A DNA stretch of 64,000 bases, taken from Methanobacteriota archaeon. Its GTDB lineage: Archaea > Thermoplasmatota > Poseidoniia > Poseidoniales > Poseidoniaceae. Shown here in pieces: positions 58,738-64,000 of the stretch. Location of the stretch: NCBI GenBank assembly GCA_038104845.1, contig JAYOBJ010000004.1, positions 14,129 through 78,128 of the forward strand. Direction: 5' to 3'. The stretch's first letter is position 1; every line of letters begins with the position of its first letter. A program made the position numbers and the translations under genes. The notes below the pieces were generated by a model. It was not told where the DNA came from, searched no databases, and was given only the letters and a program-made list of their open reading frames with translations.

Positions 58738-59043
58738 ATGAGGACCTGCATCGATGAATTGCTTGCCTTGCCCCACCTCAACGGACCTCGGCTCAAGCAA
58801 GAGGTGGCGTATCTCGCCCATCGACTTGAGGAACTTCGGCTGAATCGCCACATCACCAACGATGCTTACCTCGATGCAGGTGCGGTTCAAGGGGCGATTG
58901 ATCTGGCGGCCAACATGGTTGACATGGGCGTCCCGCAACACGAGGTTCAACAAACCCTGCGTTCCACCCTGTCGCGTGCAAAGCGACTTGAAACCAAGCA
59001 CCCTGGGCTCAACTGGGCGGTTGAATCCGGCCGTGCGAGTTGA
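58738..59043 (+). CDS. hypothetical small protein
   Basis: 101-aa ORF ending 5 nt before the ABC ATPase gene; no recognised domain. Confidence 0.35.
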   Translation: MRTCIDELLALPHLNGPRLKQEVAYLAHRLEELRLNRHITNDAYLDAGAVQGAIDLAANMVDMGVPQHEVQQTLRSTLSRAKRLETKHPGLNWAVESGRAS

Positions 59044-59047
59044 CCCC

Positions 59048-59878
59048 ATGGACCACCCAATGCTTGTAGCGAACGGCGTTTCCAAGTCGTTCGGTGATGT
59101 ACAGGCCTTGATCAATGTTACATTAAGCATCGGTGAAGGAGAAATCGTTGGCTTGGTGGGTTCCAACGGCGCTGGCAAAACCACGTTGCTGCGTTTGCTC
59201 GCAGGCGTGTATCGGCCTTCCGAAGGGACGCTGGCACTCGGCGATGGGACGGATGTGGCCAAAGGTCGTCGGCGACTCGGTGTTGTCCCTGAGTCAACCG
59301 GGTTATACAGCCGGCTCACGGCTTGGGAAAACATTCGCTACCACGCCCGCTTGCACGGTGTTCCGGATGACGTGGCCTGGACCCGAACCCAGCATTATGC
59401 TCGCCTCCTGGACATGTTGCCTCATCTTGGGCGACACACGAAAGGGTTCTCCCGTGGCATGCGTCAAAAAACCGCATTGCTGCGTGCGTTGGCGCATCAC
59501 CCCAGCATGTTGTTGCTCGATGAGCCAACGGCCGGGCTGGATGTCACCAGCGCTCGAACCGTGAAGCAACTGGTGCGGTCGTTGGGTGATGAAGGAAAAA
59601 CCGTCATTTATTCCACGCACCAACTTGCGGAAGCAGAACAAGTTTGCACGCGCATCATCATCATTCACAACGGTGAGGTTCGGGCCGACGGCACACCCCA
59701 GCAGTTGCTTCAATTCACGGAAACGACGAACCTTGAGGAAGCGTATGTCGCCCTTTCCAGCGACCGCGCTCGCAGTGTGGACCAATCCGAAAAGCCGTTG
59801 TCGAGTTGGAGTCGACGATGGCGTGGTTTGTTCACGCCACGAACACCGCTGTCACCAGGGGTGAGTGAAGATGAGTGA
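59048..59878 (+). CDS. ABC transporter ATP-binding protein (ABC-2 exporter type)
   Basis: Walker A GSNGAGKTT, signature FSRGMRQK, Walker B LLLDEPTAGLD. Confidence 0.85.
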   Translation: MDHPMLVANGVSKSFGDVQALINVTLSIGEGEIVGLVGSNGAGKTTLLRLLAGVYRPSEGTLALGDGTDVAKGRRRLGVVPESTGLYSRLTAWENIRYHARLHGVPDDVAWTRTQHYARLLDMLPHLGRHTKGFSRGMRQKTALLRALAHHPSMLLLDEPTAGLDVTSARTVKQLVRSLGDEGKTVIYSTHQLAEAEQVCTRIIIIHNGEVRADGTPQQLLQFTETTNLEEAYVALSSDRARSVDQSEKPLSSWSRRWRGLFTPRTPLSPGVSEDE

Positions 59879-61088
59879 GGGCCGTCGCAGGGTGGCGACC
59901 GTTGCCAAGAAAGAACTGGTCGAATTCGTCCGGGATTGGCGCACCATTGTCGCCATTCTCGTGATTCCCGTTCTCATGTTCCCCGTGCTGTTCATCTTGT
60001 TCCCTTTGTTGCTTGAGGCGGAAGCGCAAGAGCTTGATGCCCTCGTTGTTCGGGTTGAACTCCAAGCCGACGACCCTCCCCTCATGCTTCTGGATGCGCT
60101 CGATCAAACCGGCATTGACCTGGCTGTGGTTGACCTCCCGCTGCTGCAGAATCTGACCGACGCCAACCTCGATGTTGAACGATTGCGGCAAGGTCAGTTG
60201 GACGCACTGTTGCGGGTACGTGCCAACAACAGCACATGGGAATATGCCACCCTGCACCTCTCGACATCTGAGCAAAGCAACGAAGCGAGAGCTCGTGTGA
60301 TGTCGGCGGTGGCTGAGTGGGAACGAAACGAAACAACGTTCAGGATTGAGGCCGCTGGTCTGGATGCCAACAACACCCTCAACCCGGTGGTCTGGAACGG
60401 GTCCATTGCGGACGCTGATGCTGCCAGCCGAGGTGAACAAGCGGGGCTTGCGCTTTCCCTGTTCATCCCGCTGGTTTTGGCCGTGTGGACGTTTTCATCT
60501 GCCATTCAACCGTCCATTGACATGACGGCAGGGGAACGTGAGCGTGGGACGCTCGAGGCCCTATTGGGGCTGCCGTGCACGCGGTTGGAATTGCTGCTGG
60601 GGAAATGGTTGGCCGTGGCGACCATCACCGCTGCTGGTGTGTTGCTTCAGATCGCGGGCCTGATGTTTGCCATCGGTTACCTCGCCACGTCCGACATCAT
60701 TGCCGTTCCGTCCCTCTCCTTCTCGGTCATTGGATTGCTGTGCATCGCAGTGTTGCTGTTTGCTATCACGGTTGTGGCGATTGAATTGGCACTGGCCATG
60801 CGTTCGCACAGTGTCAAAGAAGCGGGTTCTGTGCTGGGTCCTGCCGTGCTCCTGATCCTCTTCCCTGCCTTGTTCACCCAGGTCATCAACTTGGATAACA
60901 TCGAGATGTTTTGGTTTGCCATCCCTGTGGTGAACATCTTGTTGGCGCTACGGGAATTGTTGCTCAATCGCGTGGTTCTGAGCCACATCACCGTTTGGTT
61001 CCTCAGTTCTGCGGTGTACGCTATATTGGCAGCCCTCTATGCTGCACGTCAATTCAAACGCGAAGACATCGTCACGACGTTGTCTTGA
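59865..61088 (+). CDS. ABC-2-family transporter permease
   Basis: Six or more TM segments with a large first extracytoplasmic loop; 14-nt overlap with the ATPase gene. Confidence 0.7.
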   Translation: MKMSEGRRRVATVAKKELVEFVRDWRTIVAILVIPVLMFPVLFILFPLLLEAEAQELDALVVRVELQADDPPLMLLDALDQTGIDLAVVDLPLLQNLTDANLDVERLRQGQLDALLRVRANNSTWEYATLHLSTSEQSNEARARVMSAVAEWERNETTFRIEAAGLDANNTLNPVVWNGSIADADAASRGEQAGLALSLFIPLVLAVWTFSSAIQPSIDMTAGERERGTLEALLGLPCTRLELLLGKWLAVATITAAGVLLQIAGLMFAIGYLATSDIIAVPSLSFSVIGLLCIAVLLFAITVVAIELALAMRSHSVKEAGSVLGPAVLLILFPALFTQVINLDNIEMFWFAIPVVNILLALRELLLNRVVLSHITVWFLSSAVYAILAALYAARQFKREDIVTTLS

Positions 61089-62574
61089 CCAAAAATGAAT
61101 CAATGGCTTCCTTGATGATGCCAATCAGTAAATCGATCTCCTCCGATGTGATGTTGAAATGAGGTGTGAACCGAAGGGCGTTGACACCGCCGTGGATGAC
61201 GCCCAAGCCGCGTCGACGGCACCATGGTTCAACGGCATCCATCCCCACCACCGGGAAACGTGTGGGTTCCAGTTCAGCGCTGCACAGCAATCCGGTGCCT
61301 TGGACTTTGGTGATGACCTCGGGGTATTCGGCTTGCAGTGTCTTCAATTTCTCAACAAACTCTTCGCCGCGAGCCTTGATGTTGTGGCGGAGTTCCGGCG
61401 TCATCCTCTCGAGCACGGCCACAGCGGTCTCCAACGCACGAGGGTTGGTGGTCATGGTGTTTCCATAGATGCCCGTCACGTAAAGTGACGCAGCCCGTTC
61501 GTTCATACCAAGGACGGACAGTGGGTATTGCCCAGCGTTGAGCGCTTTGGACCAGGTTTCCAAATCGGGAACCACGCAATCTTCGAATCCATCGTAATCG
61601 ATCACCGACAGTGTGCCTTGTCCACGAATGCCTGCTTGAATGGAATCGACCAAAAGCAACGATCCGTGTTCCATGGTGATGGCCCGTGCTGCATCGTAAA
61701 ACTCCCGGGTAACGCACTGGCCGGGGTTGCCTTCACCCTGGACAGGTTCGATGGCCAAGAGTTCAATGAACACATTGTCACGATCGGCTTGTTCATAGGC
61801 TGCGTGGAGGGCGTTAACGTCGTTGGCTGGAATCAAAATCAGGTTGTCGCGAGATTGGAAACTGGCCAAATGCTGATCGTACTTGCTCTTGCACGAGTGC
61901 GACATCTGGGCGGGTCGATCGGTTCGTCCATGGAAGCCTTGTTCAATGGCCATGATTTTGATGTTCTTGCCTTCATGCGGACCACCGGGGCCGGTCATGC
62001 GTTGTGCGTTGACGTCGGCAATGCGCATGCTGACGGTGACGGATTCGGATCCGCTGTTCATGCAGATGAATTTCGTGAAGGGGCAATGGCCACGCGTGTG
62101 GCCCAGTTCAGTACGGAGCCGTTCTTCCAAACGTTTTTGTGAAAAGGAAGGTGTCATCACGTTGGCCATCACCCAGTTGTTCGACATGGCATGAATGATG
62201 TCGTGAGGCCCGTGTCCTGCCCCGAGCATGCCGTAGCCCCCGTTGTCGTGGACAACCGCTCCGTGAGAGGTCACCACCCAAGGGCCTCGAGCAGCGATGG
62301 CAACGTACGGATTGACGGTGGCGGGGTTGTAGAAATTCACATAGCCGGACTGCAACGATTCGATGAGTTCCATCTCGGCGCGGAACAAGGTGTCGCCGAA
62401 TTCGGATTGCAGACGTTCGAACACCTCACTGGCTTCAGAAATGGCTTGTTCAAGGAGTGGATCCAAATCCAGGAACCGTTGAATCTCTTCATCGGTCAAA
62501 CCCAACGTGGAGGCGTTGCCCGTGTTATCTCGGATTCGATGGAGTTGGCCGATGGACGGAGACAGCGTCATCAT
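61072..62574 (-). CDS. class-III PLP-dependent aminotransferase (ornithine/acetylornithine/omega-aminotransferase family)
   Basis: Fold-type-I AT-III blocks (GSES..., LLLVDSIQAGIRGQG with the PLP-binding region). Start chosen at ATGATG (MMTLSP); alternatives at 62670 and 62970 fall in an AT-rich promoter-like stretch. Confidence 0.8.
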   Translation of the reverse strand: MMTLSPSIGQLHRIRDNTGNASTLGLTDEEIQRFLDLDPLLEQAISEASEVFERLQSEFGDTLFRAEMELIESLQSGYVNFYNPATVNPYVAIAARGPWVVTSHGAVVHDNGGYGMLGAGHGPHDIIHAMSNNWVMANVMTPSFSQKRLEERLRTELGHTRGHCPFTKFICMNSGSESVTVSMRIADVNAQRMTGPGGPHEGKNIKIMAIEQGFHGRTDRPAQMSHSCKSKYDQHLASFQSRDNLILIPANDVNALHAAYEQADRDNVFIELLAIEPVQGEGNPGQCVTREFYDAARAITMEHGSLLLVDSIQAGIRGQGTLSVIDYDGFEDCVVPDLETWSKALNAGQYPLSVLGMNERAASLYVTGIYGNTMTTNPRALETAVAVLERMTPELRHNIKARGEEFVEKLKTLQAEYPEVITKVQGTGLLCSAELEPTRFPVVGMDAVEPWCRRRGLGVIHGGVNALRFTPHFNITSEEIDLLIGIIKEAIDSFLVKTTS

Positions 62575-62703
62575 GTTACACGGTCTCACGAGGCCTTCTT
62601 TGAACATTGGGACAAACGGTGCCACCTGGGTGCGTTTGCGCGAATCAAAATATTCTCTTGATATTAGCATGGTATTATGTAGGTCGTGGTGTGAGGACGC
62701 TGT

Positions 62704-62877
62704 ATGCCCAAGGTCTCGTTGGACATGCCAACCGAGCTGTTGGACGATCTGCGGATGCACGTCGGGGACAACAAAAAATTCGTGAGTTTTGCTGACGCCG
62801 TTCGAACAGCGTGCAGAAAAATGTTGGACCACCTCGATGAAGTGGATCGAAGGCACGGTCGAGGTGAGGATGCATGA
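62704..62877 (+). CDS. ribbon-helix-helix (CopG-like) small DNA-binding protein, below the ORF-track size cut-off
   Basis: 57-aa frame read by hand: MPKVSLDMPTELLDDLRMHVGDNKKFVSFADAVRTACRKMLDHLDEVDRRHGRGEDA, with an N-terminal beta-strand (KVSLDMP) followed by two helices. Its TGA overlaps the folE ATG (ATGA). Confidence 0.5.
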   Translation: MPKVSLDMPTELLDDLRMHVGDNKKFVSFADAVRTACRKMLDHLDEVDRRHGRGEDA

Positions 62878-63449
62878 CGACCAAAGATGAAGCCATGGCG
62901 GCCGTTCGGGTACTGCTGAACTACCTTGAGGGTGATGAGCACGCCACCCGCGAAGGACTGGAGGCGACACCGCGTCGGGTCATTGAATCGTGGGATGAGG
63001 TGTTTGCCGGGTATGGCCAATCGGCCAGTGCCTTGCTCGACGCCACCTTCAACGGTGAAGGCTACGATGGCATCGTGCTGTTGCGCAACATCGAGTTTCA
63101 TTCCACCTGCGAGCACCATCTACAGCCCTTCCGTGGCCGCGCCCATGTCGCCTACATACCGGTTGAGCGGATTGTGGGCATCAGTAAACTCGCTCGTCTT
63201 GTCGACATGCACGCACGTCGACTGCAAAATCAAGAGCGAATCACGAAATCCGTTGCTGATGACCTCGAGAAGCACTTGAAACCGCTTGGTGCTGCCGTGA
63301 TTTTGGAAGCCTCCCACGGTTGCATGCAGTGCAGGGGTGTGGCCAAACAGGAAGCCATCATGACCACTTCGTCCATGCGCGGCGTCTTTTTTGACAAGCG
63401 TGAGGCACGATCCGAACTGATGCAGTTGATTCAACAACCCGTCCTTTGA
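62874..63449 (+). CDS. folE: GTP cyclohydrolase I (FolE type)
   Basis: Zinc-ligand motifs CEHH and HGCMQCRG, plus the T-fold. Confidence 0.9.
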   Translation: MTTKDEAMAAVRVLLNYLEGDEHATREGLEATPRRVIESWDEVFAGYGQSASALLDATFNGEGYDGIVLLRNIEFHSTCEHHLQPFRGRAHVAYIPVERIVGISKLARLVDMHARRLQNQERITKSVADDLEKHLKPLGAAVILEASHGCMQCRGVAKQEAIMTTSSMRGVFFDKREARSELMQLIQQPVL

Positions 63450-63458
63450 GGTGAACCT

Positions 63459-64000
63459 GTGGAACCTTGCATCAGAGCCGGCGGACCGTTGGGCGACGAT
63501 CCAGCCGATTTGGCCGTTGAATACAACATCGTGGAGATTTTTCACAGCGTTCAAGGTGAAGGGTTCCACTCCGGAATCCCCCATGTGTTCGTTCGGTTCG
63601 GTCGATGCAACCTCGCCTGCGAATGGTGTGACACCGATTTTGACACCTATGAAACCATGACGGCACTTGACGTGCTCGGCGAGGTGCTCAAGTTTCCATG
63701 CCAACGGGTGATTTTTACCGGTGGAGAGCCGATGTTGAACGATCTCTGGCCTTTGCAACGGTTGCTGAAAGCCAGAGGGTACACCCTCTCGGTGGAAACG
63801 AACGGGACGGTTGCCATTCCAGATGGCCTCCTGGACTGGGTGTGCGTGTCGCCTAAGGACCAAGTCTACCCAAACTTGACCCTTCGTCAGCGGACGGGCA
63901 ACGAACTCAAATGTGTTTATGTTGGCCAACCGCTTTCCATGTACGATACGTTGGTGGATGGATTCGACCACCGTTTTCTCCAACCGTTGTACGATGAATC
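63459..64000 (+). CDS. queE: 7-carboxy-7-deazaguanine synthase QueE (radical SAM), 3'-truncated by the window edge
   Basis: Read in the same frame as folE just after its stop: VEIFHSVQGEGFHSG...FVRFGRCNLACEWCDT cluster motif, ...VIFTGGEP. GTG or TTG start. Confidence 0.85.
   Translation, partial: MEPCIRAGGPLGDDPADLAVEYNIVEIFHSVQGEGFHSGIPHVFVRFGRCNLACEWCDTDFDTYETMTALDVLGEVLKFPCQRVIFTGGEPMLNDLWPLQRLLKARGYTLSVETNGTVAIPDGLLDWVCVSPKDQVYPNLTLRQRTGNELKCVYVGQPLSMYDTLVDGFDHRFLQPLYDE

Noticed and set aside
63120-63983. 287-aa minus-strand ORF across folE/queE
   Set aside because: Both plus-strand frames have diagnostic CEHH and radical-SAM motifs. The minus ORF is a GC shadow.
1-64000. Search for CRISPR arrays, integrases, transposases or defence islands
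   Set aside because: No regularly spaced direct repeats, no tyrosine or serine recombinase, no Cas or restriction-modification motifs found. The window is essentially housekeeping and metabolism.

Overview
The window reads as a high-GC archaeal chromosome segment, euryarchaeal in character and possibly a Thermoplasmatota/Poseidoniales-like marine lineage; that assignment is inference. Archaeal markers present are PAN, aEF-2, ribosomal S12/S7, PriS, Tsr3, aMBF1, Kae1 and an intron-less tRNA-Val, with no bacterial-type str operon layout. Coding density is high, with many 1-4 nt start/stop overlaps, and TATA-like AT-rich patches sit 25-35 nt upstream of several starts. The ORF track uses alternative starts (GTG/TTG shown as M), so several 5' ends are uncertain. 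Gene content: rps12-rps7-aEF2; isoprenoid genes (IPK, a fused type-1 IDI-GGPP synthase, thiolase with a DUF35-like partner, a UbiD-family decarboxylase); non-oxidative pentose-phosphate genes (transaldolase, split transketolase); an OPT peptide transporter and a SERCA-like P-type ATPase; futalosine-pathway genes mqnC/E-mqnA-mqnD; a half-size deoxyhypusine-hydroxylase-like HEAT protein; PriS; MetRS; a complete histidine-to-glutamate route (HutH, long HutU, HutI, split formiminotransferase/cyclodeaminase); an MBF1-Tsr3-FdhD-molybdopterin oxidoreductase-MFS operon; an S15 peptidase; an EF-hand/zinc-ribbon acidic membrane protein with a DUF835 neighbour; a tRNA-Val inside a small AT-rich island; Kae1, SlyD, methylmalonyl-CoA mutase/epimerase, an ABC-2 exporter, a class-III aminotransferase, and an unlisted RHH gene overlapping folE-queE. 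No CRISPR, integrase, transposase or recognisable defence genes were seen. The long antisense ORFs in the track are GC-driven shadows.
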